A stretch of 64,000 nucleotides of DNA from a virus (lineage: Duplodnaviria; Caudoviricetes): IMG/VR virus record IMGVR_UViG_3300035396_000186, positions 18,210 through 82,209 of that record; one strand, written 5' to 3'. The notes under the pieces are model-generated. The model was not told the DNA's origin. It saw only the letters and a list, made by a program, of their open reading frames with translations, and did no database searches. Shown one piece after another: positions 11,041 to 21,411 of the stretch (its first letter is position 1; each line of letters opens with the position of its first letter). Position numbers and translations under genes: made by a program.

Positions 11041-11427
11041 TTATTTACTAGCCAATTTCTTTTTCATTTCCATTAATTTAGCAAGTTTAGCATCTATTTC
11101 TTCTTCTGAAAGATTTTCCATAGAATCATCTTCTGACATTTCACTTTCAGATTCTAGTTCTGAACCTTTATCTTCCATACATTCTGATTCTTTTTCTTCA
11201 GAATCGTTCATTTTTTCAGGATCTTTTTCAGACATACCATGTTCTGAAATCATTTCCTTAGCTTTATCTAATCCCTTTTCTAGACCTTCTGGAGAATTAG
11301 AAGCAACTGTAACTTTCTTCAAACCATCTTTAAGTTTGTTACTCATAGCATCTGAAGCAAGACCGCTAATACCTTTAAGGACGTCCATTTTTGCAATTCG
11401 TTCTAAATCACCTAGTTTCTTTTTCAT
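11041..11427 (-). CDS. Acidic low-complexity hypothetical protein
   Basis: E/S/D/K-rich ORF with RBS, co-oriented. Confidence 0.5.
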   Translation of the reverse strand: MKKKLGDLERIAKMDVLKGISGLASDAMSNKLKDGLKKVTVASNSPEGLEKGLDKAKEMISEHGMSEKDPEKMNDSEEKESECMEDKGSELESESEMSEDDSMENLSEEEIDAKLAKLMEMKKKLASK

Positions 11428-11437
11428 ATACTTTCCC

Positions 11438-11893
11438 CTATTTCTTAATTAGTATTGCAACGATTAGTAACGCTGTCAATACTTGTGATATAACGGATAA
11501 AACATTAGTTAGATTCCATTTATCAGTAATTATCTTTTCAATTATAATCGGTTTATCTATATAAACAGGTTTCTCTACTATTGTAGGTATTTCTATTGTT
11601 TTAACTTCTGTTAATGTAATTATTTTATCAATTTCTTTAACTTCGGTTTTATATACTATCTCAGGAATACGAAGTTCTACCATTTCTTTTACAATAACAG
11701 GAACTTCAATTCTTTCTATCTTAATTTGTTCAATTATTTTCGGAACTTCAATTGTACTAAATTTCATATTATCAGGAAACTTAACTTCAGGAATAACTAT
11801 CTCACCACCAACGATTTTAACACGCTTAGCATTAAGTACTTCGTCATGCTCATATCGGGAAATTACATTTGGATCTCTTTGACTAATTGACAT
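11438..11893 (-). CDS. Protein with (I/V)EVP-type repeats and C-terminal membrane anchor
   Basis: IEVPKIIE, IEVPVIVKE, IEIPTIVEKPVYIDKPIIIEK; hydrophobic C-terminus. Confidence 0.6.
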   Translation of the reverse strand: MSISQRDPNVISRYEHDEVLNAKRVKIVGGEIVIPEVKFPDNMKFSTIEVPKIIEQIKIERIEVPVIVKEMVELRIPEIVYKTEVKEIDKIITLTEVKTIEIPTIVEKPVYIDKPIIIEKIITDKWNLTNVLSVISQVLTALLIVAILIKK

Positions 11894-11920
11894 ACTATTC
11901 CTCTTTGAAAAGTTGTTAAA

Positions 11921-13459
11921 TTAAATACTTAGAGTTGTAGCTCGGAACTTTAAAACTGATGATGTAAACCCTGAATAATTAAGGTTTGTGTACTGTAATT
12001 GACCACTTGAAGTAATACTAAAAGTATAACCTGTTGAATCTCCAGTATAATCTTGAGATATTTCCCAACTACTTGATTTCTGTATACCTTTTATTTCGTA
12101 TACTGCATACAAAGGACTTGTCGCATTAACAATTATAGATACTTGTGCAATAAAACTTCTAACTACTGAATTTGAAAAGACAAAGCTTGTTATATTAGTA
12201 GCAACTGAAACATTATTTGATGCTCCAAAACTAGTTTCATTTAGATCACCTGAACTTGCAATAGGTAGATTAATTTGATCTAGAGTTTCTAATGCTGTTT
12301 GAACTGTTGTATCAGTTGGTCCAAGATTTTTAGTAAAATTTGCCGTATTAGTAGTAACTAAAGCTGCTGAATTTGTCACTGAAGCTGAAGAAGTTATTGA
12401 ACGTAACACATCTTTAGCTATTTGTAATTCAGAGATAAATCCACCACCACTATTTTGAACTATAGCATAACCTAACTGTGCGAATTCTAAAGCAGCTAAT
12501 TCATTAGTTGCTGAGTCAATTCCATTAGTTATTGCAGTTCGAGCTGCTCCAATGTTATTATACTCAGCATTAGACATTACAGTATAATATGTGGGATTTG
12601 AACTATTTAGATCATCTTTAGATACATATACTCTAAAAGCTCCAAATTTACCAGCACCAATTGTAGTGGGAGTACCTGCTGAATTGAATTTCATCGGTAA
12701 TTCGGATTGTTGAGAATCTCTAATCCATTTACCTGAACTATTTGTATAATAGTGATTAAAAGCAACAGCAGCTCCTGCAGTATCAGGTATACTAGTGTAT
12801 AATCCATGATCTGCAACAATATCTTCCCCGACTATCTTAATTTCTCTATCTGTGGCAACACCACCAGTACCTGTAGTTACTCGTGTTATAACAGCACCTG
12901 AACCTTGTACGATAGTTCCTACTGAACCGTGTAAATACCTAGATAATGAAGTTGAGAAACTATATGGATGGTTTTCTTTAACGGTAACATAATTAGTACC
13001 ATCATACAGAACTTCAAATAAAACAATGTTATTTGAATATAAAGTAGATGTAACAGAAGTTGATGAACCAATTATTCCGTTAGCATCAATATAAACATAA
13101 TTAATAGTATTAGCTGAAAAGACTGGACTAATTTGAGGTGCAGTCCATGATACAGGTACATTTTGTACATAACCTGTTCCTGGTCTCAATATATTAAGTG
13201 AGCCAGAAGAAATAGAATAATAATTACCTGATCCGCCCCAGGAGACAAATCCAGTATTTAATTCATTTTGAATACTAGTATCGATACTACCTATAATATT
13301 ATCAATACCGTTTAAATGTGCTGAAACTTTATCATTACCTTCAGAGGACACTTGAGTAGGTATGTAAGTTGTAGGAGTAAAATTGGCTGGCATAGAACGA
13401 GAATTAACATCTGTTGTGCCAGTACCCCATTTTATAAATTTACTTTTTATCTGACTCAT
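11921..13459 (-). CDS. Tail fibre/virion appendage protein, 512 aa
   Basis: S/T/G-rich beta protein; C-terminal domain resembles the 28170..28658 product. Confidence 0.55.
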   Translation of the reverse strand: MSQIKSKFIKWGTGTTDVNSRSMPANFTPTTYIPTQVSSEGNDKVSAHLNGIDNIIGSIDTSIQNELNTGFVSWGGSGNYYSISSGSLNILRPGTGYVQNVPVSWTAPQISPVFSANTINYVYIDANGIIGSSTSVTSTLYSNNIVLFEVLYDGTNYVTVKENHPYSFSTSLSRYLHGSVGTIVQGSGAVITRVTTGTGGVATDREIKIVGEDIVADHGLYTSIPDTAGAAVAFNHYYTNSSGKWIRDSQQSELPMKFNSAGTPTTIGAGKFGAFRVYVSKDDLNSSNPTYYTVMSNAEYNNIGAARTAITNGIDSATNELAALEFAQLGYAIVQNSGGGFISELQIAKDVLRSITSSASVTNSAALVTTNTANFTKNLGPTDTTVQTALETLDQINLPIASSGDLNETSFGASNNVSVATNITSFVFSNSVVRSFIAQVSIIVNATSPLYAVYEIKGIQKSSSWEISQDYTGDSTGYTFSITSSGQLQYTNLNYSGFTSSVLKFRATTLSI

Positions 13460-13507
13460 ATGAACCCCGTTTTTAACATCAGCTTGCGCTGGTAAGGTTT
13501 ATAAGAA

Positions 13508-13527
13508 GGGCTAGTTTTACCTAGCCC
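13508..13527 (-). terminator. Rho-independent terminator
   Basis: GGGCTAG/CTAGCCC stem followed by TTCTTAT on minus strand after 13542..14693. Confidence 0.65.
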
Positions 13528-13541
13528 CATATTTGAGAAAA

Positions 13542-14693
13542 TTAAGCAGCTTTAGAATATCTAACTACCACTTTATCACCAACTTCTGCTATTGTTGCAT
13601 AGTTTCCAGCAAAAGTCAATTTACCAACTCCACCAGTTCCACCATTGATACTAATAGTAAAATCTGATCCAGGTTCTTGTTCAAGACCACCAGCAGACAT
13701 ACTAACAGCATCAGAAGCTGAAATAGGGAAAGATAATTCAACAAATGCAGCAGAAGAAAGAGTTATTACTTCAACTTTTTCAACTCTAGCAGCAGCAGAA
13801 ATAGCTCCTGAAACATATGATTTCATTGAACTAACTGAAGCAGCTTGATCTGTTTGTGATCCAGCAGTACTGTTTACAACAGCAGCAGTTTTAGCTCGAC
13901 TATCTAGGAAATATAGGTTAGTTGATCCTTCAGCAATGTCATCAGTATCAATCGTTACAGCTCCGGCTGTAGGACTAACACCGTTAACACTTTTTACAAC
14001 GATAGAATCGTTAGCTTTAAGTGCTAAAGCATCAAATACTGAATTACCATCTGGAGCATGAGTAGTATCTCCATCAACAATTGAACTAGCGATGATATCG
14101 CCTCTAGCAGTAGCAGTTACATAATATTTATTGGTTCCTTCAGAAATATCAGAAGTTGAAAGAACAACAACGCCTGTTTGACCGTTCACTGATTGAACTG
14201 GAGACATAGGAGTTAAGAGTTCTTGCCAATTAGCTAATACTGATGGAAGACCGCTAACTAAGATGTAAGATTTAGAAACATCTGTTCTAACAGCAACATC
14301 ACCTTGTTCGCAAGTTAATGCTAACATAGCAGCTTCAGAAGCAACAACAAATGTATCTGTAATTGCAATAGCTGGAATTTGTGATGCAGTTAATTTAGAA
14401 TCAGCACCTAGAGTTGCAACACCATTAGCCGCACCTTTCTCAGAATTATTAACTTTCGTTCCTAATCCTGTGTCAAATTGTGACTTTCTAACTAAGTCAT
14501 TTGCAGCAGAAGCATCTGATGTAGCTTGTGGTACGCTAGAAAACTCCACTTTGTCTGAAGCATTGACTTTTAAAATACTAATGTCTGCATCATCTGCAGC
14601 ATTACGACCTTTTAGAACTTCATTGTTGTCTAAACGGATCTTTGATCCATTGACAGCATTGTTCTCGATGAATTTACGTTTGAGTTGTGCCAT
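13542..14693 (-). CDS. Fibre/whisker-like virion protein, 383 aa
   Basis: GAANGVATLGADSKL, AMLALTCEQGDVAVRTD, VQSVNGQTGVVVL, ISEGTNKYY motifs typical of phage fibres. Confidence 0.65.
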   Translation of the reverse strand: MAQLKRKFIENNAVNGSKIRLDNNEVLKGRNAADDADISILKVNASDKVEFSSVPQATSDASAANDLVRKSQFDTGLGTKVNNSEKGAANGVATLGADSKLTASQIPAIAITDTFVVASEAAMLALTCEQGDVAVRTDVSKSYILVSGLPSVLANWQELLTPMSPVQSVNGQTGVVVLSTSDISEGTNKYYVTATARGDIIASSIVDGDTTHAPDGNSVFDALALKANDSIVVKSVNGVSPTAGAVTIDTDDIAEGSTNLYFLDSRAKTAAVVNSTAGSQTDQAASVSSMKSYVSGAISAAARVEKVEVITLSSAAFVELSFPISASDAVSMSAGGLEQEPGSDFTISINGGTGGVGKLTFAGNYATIAEVGDKVVVRYSKAA

Positions 14694-14710
14694 TTAAAAC
14701 CTCCAAAAAG

Positions 14711-15037
14711 TTAATATACATAGATAATAGTGATCTTATCATTCATACTTATAAGACCATCTAAGCCCAAACCTACCCAGGATAATCTCTTCCCACCGTC
14801 ATCTGAAGTAACTGTATAATCGGAACCATAAAACTGTCCTACAGCGCCTTCAATTTCTATTGAAACTTGATTAGCATACTTAGGGGTATATTGTAATACT
14901 AGATATTTATTAGTAGCTTCTGTTATTGTAACTGTTCTAGTTTCAGTATTAACTGTATCACCAGCAGGAGGAACTGGACCAGAACCTTCTCCTGTCATAT
15001 CAAAGAATCCACTTAATGGATTTAACTTCTGACCCAT
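14711..15037 (-). CDS. Small virion protein
   Basis: LNPLSGFFD N-terminus; beta domain like C-terminus of 13542..14693. Confidence 0.45.
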   Translation of the reverse strand: MGQKLNPLSGFFDMTGEGSGPVPPAGDTVNTETRTVTITEATNKYLVLQYTPKYANQVSIEIEGAVGQFYGSDYTVTSDDGGKRLSWVGLGLDGLISMNDKITIIYVY

Positions 15038-15184
15038 ATAAAACTCCCATTATTTAATATAAAACATGTAATAAGTATCAAATTAACGATAGTTGACAAT
15101 AAAAAATAACGATAATATCTCAACCCTTGAGGTGAGTATCTTTTATAGATCGGTTGATCTGGCATTTCTTTTCTAATTGTTATT

Positions 15185-15643
15185 CTAGCCATTTTTTCTC
15201 TTTTCTAATATATCATGAACCTCTTGAGGAGTAAGAAAATCATTAGCTCCATCAAGTTTCAATGCCTTACTAACTAATTCTGAACAGATAAAACTTTGAT
15301 TATCATCTTTACCTATCTTAGCTTTTAATAATATACCAATTAATGTTAAAAATCCATATGGTTTATTACTATTATCTATGCAAAATCTCATCAAATCTAG
15401 TTTATGTTCATCAGTAATTTCTAAAGTGAATTCATCTACTATCTTATTTCTTTTTGACCAGTTTGTCAATTCTTCAAAGTGTACATCTCCATGACTTGCT
15501 TCATAAACAACATCTCTATCGATCTTGTCCATATTGAACTGTAAATAAGTATGTGAAAATTCACTCATACCTTGGTATAAACGTATTAACCAACTTACAA
15601 TATTAAATTTCTGAGGTCTTGAAAACCCAACTTTAATCTTCAT
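15185..15643 (-). CDS. Permuted papain-like (YiiX/NlpC-P60) amidase-like protein
   Basis: FSHT His motif, KPYG, FICSELV Cys motif in permuted order. Confidence 0.65.
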   Translation of the reverse strand: MKIKVGFSRPQKFNIVSWLIRLYQGMSEFSHTYLQFNMDKIDRDVVYEASHGDVHFEELTNWSKRNKIVDEFTLEITDEHKLDLMRFCIDNSNKPYGFLTLIGILLKAKIGKDDNQSFICSELVSKALKLDGANDFLTPQEVHDILEKRKNG

Positions 15644-15651
15644 ACTTTCCT

Positions 15652-16335
15652 TTATAGTTTTTTAGTCAAATGATAATTCATGACAACTTGTCTTTCAACT
15701 CCTTCTTCTGTAGCACAATATGTAACTCTAAGATATAGATTCTGGCTTATTTTTGCGGTTAATGGCATAGTATTTAAACAATATGTAGTCACTTCACCAT
15801 CAATTGGAAGCCATGCTTTTTCTACGTATCTAGCGACTGTTGGATAGTTTTCACATAAAACTGGACGATATGGTGCAGGGATAATTCCTAATAAATCCAC
15901 AACTTCTGCTGTTATGTAATCTCCAAATTGACCATTTTTAATTATTAATTCTCCACCAGAAACAAATCTTTCATCAATCATTTTAAAATCGATATTAGTA
16001 CAAGAATTAGGTGAGACATGAGATATACTATCTGTAGCATTTCTTTTAGTTCGATGAGAAGGAACGGCAAATGGGTTTGAATCTATCGGATTAGTATTTG
16101 AAACTCTTAATGGATTAGTTGTTGTTGAATCTAATAATTGACCGACAGAACCTTCATCAATTAATGCTTGTTCATATTCGACTAGTGATATAGAGTTAAT
16201 TAACGTTTGATAATCAGTTTCAGTTATTTCTAATTCTATATCTTCAGTTTTGATATAACTAACAGTCCATGGATATTCATTAGGCATTTTAGGATGTTTA
16301 ATTGGATTTAACGATTGGGGTTTATAATACAACAT
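15652..16335 (-). CDS. Hypothetical virion-associated protein, 227 aa
   Basis: Co-oriented in structural block, coupled to upstream gene. Confidence 0.45.
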   Translation of the reverse strand: MLYYKPQSLNPIKHPKMPNEYPWTVSYIKTEDIELEITETDYQTLINSISLVEYEQALIDEGSVGQLLDSTTTNPLRVSNTNPIDSNPFAVPSHRTKRNATDSISHVSPNSCTNIDFKMIDERFVSGGELIIKNGQFGDYITAEVVDLLGIIPAPYRPVLCENYPTVARYVEKAWLPIDGEVTTYCLNTMPLTAKISQNLYLRVTYCATEEGVERQVVMNYHLTKKL

Positions 16336-18152
16336 TAGTAACTCCTTACTTCACAAGTAGAACCAATCATTACAGAAACTTGTGTACCATTAGACTCTGA
16401 CCTAAATTGTGGAATCAATGTTAATGGTGTTCCACTAGCTCCTGAACAATTAAATATACCGTCTATTCTACATATGTAATCAGTATTAACTGCTGGAGTA
16501 GCAGTAAAAGTTGTTGCAGTATTTAATGCTTTCATTGGTAATATTGTTCCAGATGTTGTTGTAGTATTAGCTATTGTTACAGCAGATAATGTACCTGTTG
16601 CTCCTCCAGTGGTTGTAAATGCGACTACAATACCTGTACCTGTTGCTGCTGACCTATATCTTAACATAATCTGAAATTTATAATAACCACCTATAGCAAT
16701 TGGTATAGTTAAATTTGATATATTAACAAATACTGAATTAGAAGAATTATTTAATTGAGCTGTAGTATGATAGAATACGTCATTCGTTATACCATCAAGT
16801 TTAGCTTTATCAGTAGTTGACATAAATCCTGGAACTAAAGTAGTTGCTTCATTATGAGCATTTGAACTATCTACATTTAGTAAACTATTATGGTCTACAC
16901 CAGCAGGCAATACTGTTGCTGAAATTGTATTAGCTGTATCATTATAAGTCAAATCTACTGAAGATGAATCAGTTAGGATATTACCTACAGCATCTTGAGC
17001 TTGTTCATCTGTATATTGAGTAATAGTAGAAGCAACAGTTAATGTATTTGATGGATCATTATAAGTTAGAGTAATTCCTGTTCCAGGTTGTAATAAAGCG
17101 GCAACTCTATCATCAGTAGCTTCAGCAAAATCACTAATGGTAGTTGATAATTGCGTACCTGTATGATTAGCTCTTTGTATAGCAAAAGCTTGAGCACTTG
17201 ATGCTGCACCTAAAACATCTGCTCCAACTTGAGCAGCAGTTGTACTATGTGGATTAGATGTACTAGCTATATGAGCTTGAATATTACTATTAGCAGGTTC
17301 TTTTCCAGCTAAATCTGTAACTAAGTTAGTTACTTGTGATTCAGGTATTTGAATAGGAGTATTTGTAACTCCACTAACTCGACCTTGTGTATCAGTAGTT
17401 AATACTGGAACATTTGTTGCAGATCCATAAGTTCCTGCAGTTCCAACATTTGGCATAGCTAAAGTTCTATTAGTTGAAAGATCTCCACCGCCAGTTAAAC
17501 CTGAACCTGCACTAATAGTAGTAACTTTATCAGCTTTAAGAGCTATTGCAGCAGAATTAGCAGATTGAGCCGCAGTTGTAAAATCTGATATTGTAGAAGA
17601 TAATTGAGTACCAGTATGATTAGCACGTTGAATTGAGTATGCTTGTGCTGTTGCCGCAGCTCCAGCAACATCAGCTCCAACTTGTGTATATGTTGTAGCA
17701 TGAGGATTTGAAGTGCTAGCTATATGTGAATCAATTTGTGCATGAGTATTAGTTCCTGCTCCAGATAAACTTTGATGAGCAATACCAGCAGGTAATACGT
17801 TAGCTGTTATATGATTATTTACATCATCATAAACAAATTGTACTGTTGAACTATTTAATAGAGCAGCAGCTATTGCATCTTGTGCTTGTTCATCGGTATA
17901 TTGAGTAATGGTTGAAGAAATTGTAAGGGAATTATTTGGATCATCATATACTACTGAAATTCCAGATCCAGCTTGTACTAAACTGGCTACTATATCTTGT
18001 ACTTCTTCAGGAGTTATACCTGTCGAATATACTCTAGTGAGTCCATCAGAACCAACACTTTTCAATTGATTATTTTCAACATAAATAATGGAATTACCCG
18101 TTGAAGGTGTTGCCGGAGTTGCTGTTTCATTTTGAATTCTTATTTTACCCAT
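16335..18152 (-). CDS. Tail fibre-like protein with internal duplication, 605 aa
   Basis: Two copies of TITQYTDEQAQDA and of HIASTSNPH...QRANHTGTQLS-TISDF; AGSGLTGGGDLS fibre motif. Confidence 0.7.
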   Translation of the reverse strand: MGKIRIQNETATPATPSTGNSIIYVENNQLKSVGSDGLTRVYSTGITPEEVQDIVASLVQAGSGISVVYDDPNNSLTISSTITQYTDEQAQDAIAAALLNSSTVQFVYDDVNNHITANVLPAGIAHQSLSGAGTNTHAQIDSHIASTSNPHATTYTQVGADVAGAAATAQAYSIQRANHTGTQLSSTISDFTTAAQSANSAAIALKADKVTTISAGSGLTGGGDLSTNRTLAMPNVGTAGTYGSATNVPVLTTDTQGRVSGVTNTPIQIPESQVTNLVTDLAGKEPANSNIQAHIASTSNPHSTTAAQVGADVLGAASSAQAFAIQRANHTGTQLSTTISDFAEATDDRVAALLQPGTGITLTYNDPSNTLTVASTITQYTDEQAQDAVGNILTDSSSVDLTYNDTANTISATVLPAGVDHNSLLNVDSSNAHNEATTLVPGFMSTTDKAKLDGITNDVFYHTTAQLNNSSNSVFVNISNLTIPIAIGGYYKFQIMLRYRSAATGTGIVVAFTTTGGATGTLSAVTIANTTTTSGTILPMKALNTATTFTATPAVNTDYICRIDGIFNCSGASGTPLTLIPQFRSESNGTQVSVMIGSTCEVRSY

Positions 18153-18158
18153 ATATTC

Positions 18159-18515
18159 CTACCAGTTGTTGATGATTACATCACCACTTAGAGATAAATT
18201 ACCATCTATTTTTAAATCACCATATACTATCATTTGTTGAGTCTCAGGTATTGCAACTAATTGCGTTCCTGTTATAGTTTTAATATTAAAGTTATTACCA
18301 GTCCAATCTATCTTAGCTAATGTCGATTCAGCGTCGTAATCTATAGAACCGTCATTGTATACTATTGTACCATCTAATATGCCATTTATCAATTGATCGT
18401 CAAACATCTTAGCAATATCAGAAACTTGTACTTCAGTATAATTTATTGATATAACAATACCACTACTTTCATGTAGTATGTCAGATCCTGTTGTACTTTT
18501 AAATAAATTCTTCAT
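18159..18515 (-). CDS. Hypothetical virion-associated protein
   Basis: Co-oriented, RBS AGGA. Confidence 0.45.
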   Translation of the reverse strand: MKNLFKSTTGSDILHESSGIVISINYTEVQVSDIAKMFDDQLINGILDGTIVYNDGSIDYDAESTLAKIDWTGNNFNIKTITGTQLVAIPETQQMIVYGDLKIDGNLSLSGDVIINNW

Positions 18516-18516
18516 A

Positions 18517-19221
18517 CTATGCTGGTATTAAATAAATCATAAATACAATATTATTTGTTGTACTTCCCGATTTATTATACGCCCCTATTTCATAATTCGG
18601 ACCTATATTTATATCTAATCCAATCGATACAGCTTTGTATGTACCTGCTGGAATAACAATATATGCATTTGGTATATCTACAAATGTAGCTAAACCTGTT
18701 CTTCTAGTTATTTGTATTCTTGTTGTAGACCCAACATTTGCTGATGTTGAAACACCAAGTTTTACTATTTTATTCGTTCCATCTATTGTTTGTCCAGTTA
18801 AATTTGTAGGAACTACACCTGTTCTTAAAGCTGTACCTACAGTACAGTTACCATCTTTTGATAAAACGAATGGTGGTGTAACTCCCGAACCTCCACCAGC
18901 ACCCATAGGACTTTGGAGTTCAAATTTACTAGTTACTGAGTTCCATGTTAATACGTAACCATTAACTAAATTAGCTAGATCTACATCTTTCCTAGCTATT
19001 CTATCTATTGCATCTTTAAGAGAAGCAACAACTGTTTCACTATCTTGTAATGCTATTTTGTTATTGATCGATTCAATAACGGCAATTTCTTGACCTTCAA
19101 AAGTAACACCCTTCGCATCAAGAAAATCTTGAGTTGGATCGGCTTCAGTAGGAGCGAAATTCAGTTGGGTACCTTCTGAAGGTGTCTCCATCTTGAGGGG
19201 TTTAATTTTATCTCGTGCCAT
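18517..19221 (-). CDS. Virion structural protein, 234 aa
   Basis: LANLVNGYVLTWNSVTSKFE fibre-type motif and Gly linker. Confidence 0.5.
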   Translation of the reverse strand: MARDKIKPLKMETPSEGTQLNFAPTEADPTQDFLDAKGVTFEGQEIAVIESINNKIALQDSETVVASLKDAIDRIARKDVDLANLVNGYVLTWNSVTSKFELQSPMGAGGGSGVTPPFVLSKDGNCTVGTALRTGVVPTNLTGQTIDGTNKIVKLGVSTSANVGSTTRIQITRRTGLATFVDIPNAYIVIPAGTYKAVSIGLDINIGPNYEIGAYNKSGSTTNNIVFMIYLIPA

Positions 19222-19483
19222 ATTTTCCTATAAAAGCAGGAGGGATTTTACACCCTCCATCAAACAACTCAGAACTAATCTTGTTTGTCCTGAAGTTGAA
19301 GGTGTTTATATATTTGTCTAACTCTGTCCAATATTCATTTCGACAGATATTGCATCGACATAGATATAGATTGGTTGATTTTTTTTTCATAACATTCTTA
19401 ACATCGAGAATAGTTAATAGACCATATGTCTTACCTATAAACTTTGATCCGAATTTATACCATTTTTTATTTATATTACTCAT
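19208..19483 (-). pseudogene. Remnant of HNH/AP2-type homing endonuclease N-terminus
   Basis: IGKTYGLLTILD...YLCRCNIC resembles the G(K/R)xYGxLTV...CxCxCG start of phage homing endonucleases; no nuclease domain follows. Confidence 0.4.
19239..19258. terminator. GC hairpin, terminator-like
   Basis: GGAGGG-N8-CCCTCC; TGCTTTTA follows on minus; same stem as 24577..24595. Confidence 0.45.
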
Positions 19484-19504
19484 ATCTATACTATATCATA
19501 TTAA

Positions 19505-19524
19505 GGGGAGTTTTGCAACTCCCC
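19505..19524. terminator. Rho-independent terminator, possibly bidirectional
   Basis: GGGGAGTT/AACTCCCC 8-bp stem, GCAA loop on minus, just after stop of 19532..20341. Confidence 0.7.
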
Positions 19525-19531
19525 AGTTTTA

Positions 19532-20341
19532 TTAAGCTCGTTTAGCTAAATATTGAAGTTGAAGTTGCATTTCTGTAGTAGATTTAGCATAACCTAAACT
19601 AACAATATTATGTCCAGAACCTGTTGGTACACTAGTTGTTGAAGCGCCAGCAGTTGCTGCTGATAAGTAATATCTTGATCCAGCAGTTAATCCTGTAAAA
19701 CCTGATAATACGCCATCAGATGTAATGTTACCTTGAGCTGCAGATAAAATCGCAGCTTTTGCTGCACCGATAGCTCTTGCTTTAACGTCATCATTAGCAA
19801 TAGCTTTTGATACGGTATTAGCAGCACTAATGTATACAAAATCGCATGCAGAGATTGCTTCTCCAGCAGTGTACATGTTAGTAACTCTATTACTGTCTGA
19901 AACGGTATTCATGTTGTCCCATTCAGTTCCATTCCATAAATACAAGTTCTTTCCTGCACTATCGAATACTAATTGTCCAGATCCACTTGTTGGGACTGCA
20001 CTAGGTACTCCAGCTAGTGCTGGTAATCTGAAAGCTTCAACTTCACCAGTAACATCAGTTACTACTGGAAATTGAATAGATGCTCCAACATCCATAACGT
20101 TATCTTTACTTTCAGCCATATATTTATTAACGATAATACCGTTCAATAAATCTACTGCTGGGTTGTTGAAAGAAACATCTTTGATGTCTGAGATGTCAGT
20201 GTTGTTCATATCAAGTCCTGTTGAACTTAATACTGCACCACCGTTAACTGTGAAAGATGATAGTGTAATATCATCTGCGGTTGAATCGAACTCTTGTGGA
20301 AGACCATCAGAGTTGATTTTTAAAAGTTTAATTTGAGCCAT
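19532..20341 (-). CDS. Capsid decoration/cement-like virion protein, 269 aa
   Basis: C-terminal AGEAISACDFVYI...AIGAA...GLTAGSRYYLS domain (DUF2190-like fold). Confidence 0.5.
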   Translation of the reverse strand: MAQIKLLKINSDGLPQEFDSTADDITLSSFTVNGGAVLSSTGLDMNNTDISDIKDVSFNNPAVDLLNGIIVNKYMAESKDNVMDVGASIQFPVVTDVTGEVEAFRLPALAGVPSAVPTSGSGQLVFDSAGKNLYLWNGTEWDNMNTVSDSNRVTNMYTAGEAISACDFVYISAANTVSKAIANDDVKARAIGAAKAAILSAAQGNITSDGVLSGFTGLTAGSRYYLSAATAGASTTSVPTGSGHNIVSLGYAKSTTEMQLQLQYLAKRA

Positions 20342-20401
20342 TGTAAATCCTTGTTTTTATTAGTCTTTTGGACTAATTTGTTGTTTTGTAACCAGTAACA
20401 A

Positions 20402-20719
20402 TTAACCTTTCTCGATTTCTTTAACGTCTTTAACCTCGAAAGTGTAAGGATCAATAGCACAGTTTTCCAATTTGACTCCTAGTTCCTCACTTAGTCGATT
20501 TCTGAATTCCTCGTAATGTTTCTTTAAGTCAATGAATTCTAAATCACGAGTTCTTACTTCTTCTTTATGTAAGACAGCTTTTAAACGCATTATTTCAATT
20601 TCTTTTTCTAATAGATTTTGTGTAAGTCTAGTCAATTTAGCTTTAGTTTCACCATGTGACATTTCTTCTATGGTCGTTCTCCATTCCCAGTATTTCTCAG
20701 GTTTTAAGAAAGTAGACAT
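20402..20719 (-). CDS. Coiled-coil hypothetical protein
   Basis: ORF with RBS AGGAG; late-type motif variant upstream. Confidence 0.5.
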   Translation of the reverse strand: MSTFLKPEKYWEWRTTIEEMSHGETKAKLTRLTQNLLEKEIEIMRLKAVLHKEEVRTRDLEFIDLKKHYEEFRNRLSEELGVKLENCAIDPYTFEVKDVKEIEKG

Positions 20720-20767
20720 ACAATTATCTCCTATCGTATAGTTGTTTAAACTAGTAAAATCACTTTA

Positions 20768-20977
20768 TTACCAAGCCAAATCTTTGATTTGATCTATAGT
20801 TGATTTTAGTTTAGATACATCACTCTTCTGGAATTCTAATTTAAGAGTTCTCCATAAAGAATCTTCTATCTCAAATTGGGCTTTAATCTTACCCCTAGCT
20901 ATAACACTATAGGATTTGATTTCATACCCCTTTAAGACTAGGAACGCCATAAGCCATACATCTGTCGTTTCTTTCAT
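20768..20977 (-). CDS. DUF5659-like small protein
   Basis: TTDVWLMAFLVLKGYEI N-terminus. Confidence 0.4.
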   Translation of the reverse strand: MKETTDVWLMAFLVLKGYEIKSYSVIARGKIKAQFEIEDSLWRTLKLEFQKSDVSKLKSTIDQIKDLAW

Positions 20978-20989
20978 AAAAACCCCTAA

Positions 20990-21397
20990 CTAGGCACGAA
21001 CTAAGCGTTGCCCTATATTAACTAATAATCTATCTGCTGTAACAGCTCTAGCTACTGGAGTTATAATAGATCCAGAACTAACCGTCACATTTAAGGTCAT
21101 TTGACCTAAAACCATATCACTTAAATAATATTGTCTATTTAGTGTAAGTCCTGTAAATACCGATTTAGATAAACCACATACTAAAACATTTGCTAATGTA
21201 GAAGCAGGTTTCTCTTCAATAATTCCAATAACTTCACTATTATCTCTACTATCAGCTATAGCTTTGATCAGGAAGCCAGTAGACGGATCAATTCTGACCC
21301 AATCTCCGACTTGTAAAGACGAATCGCATGTAGCTTCTCTTAATACTACTCGACCATCTTCAAATAAGGAGGTTTGACTAATAAATGACATTAACAA
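20990..21397 (-). CDS. Decoration-like protein, probable paralogue of the 19532..20341 C-terminal domain
   Basis: LQVGDWVRI...KAIADS...VIGII...GLTLNRQYYLSD. Confidence 0.45.
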   Translation of the reverse strand: MLMSFISQTSLFEDGRVVLREATCDSSLQVGDWVRIDPSTGFLIKAIADSRDNSEVIGIIEEKPASTLANVLVCGLSKSVFTGLTLNRQYYLSDMVLGQMTLNVTVSSGSIITPVARAVTADRLLVNIGQRLVRA

Positions 21398-21411
21398 TAA
21401 CCCTTAATATA

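Noticed and set aside
15093-15145. Antisense sigma70 promoter plus hairpin in the 15038-15184 gap
   Set aside because: TTGACA is present but no good -10 at 16-18 bp spacing; small hairpin only.
16335-18152. Fibre internal repeat as DGR template/variable repeat
   Set aside because: Both copies are in-frame protein repeats with differences not confined to adenines, and no RT is present.
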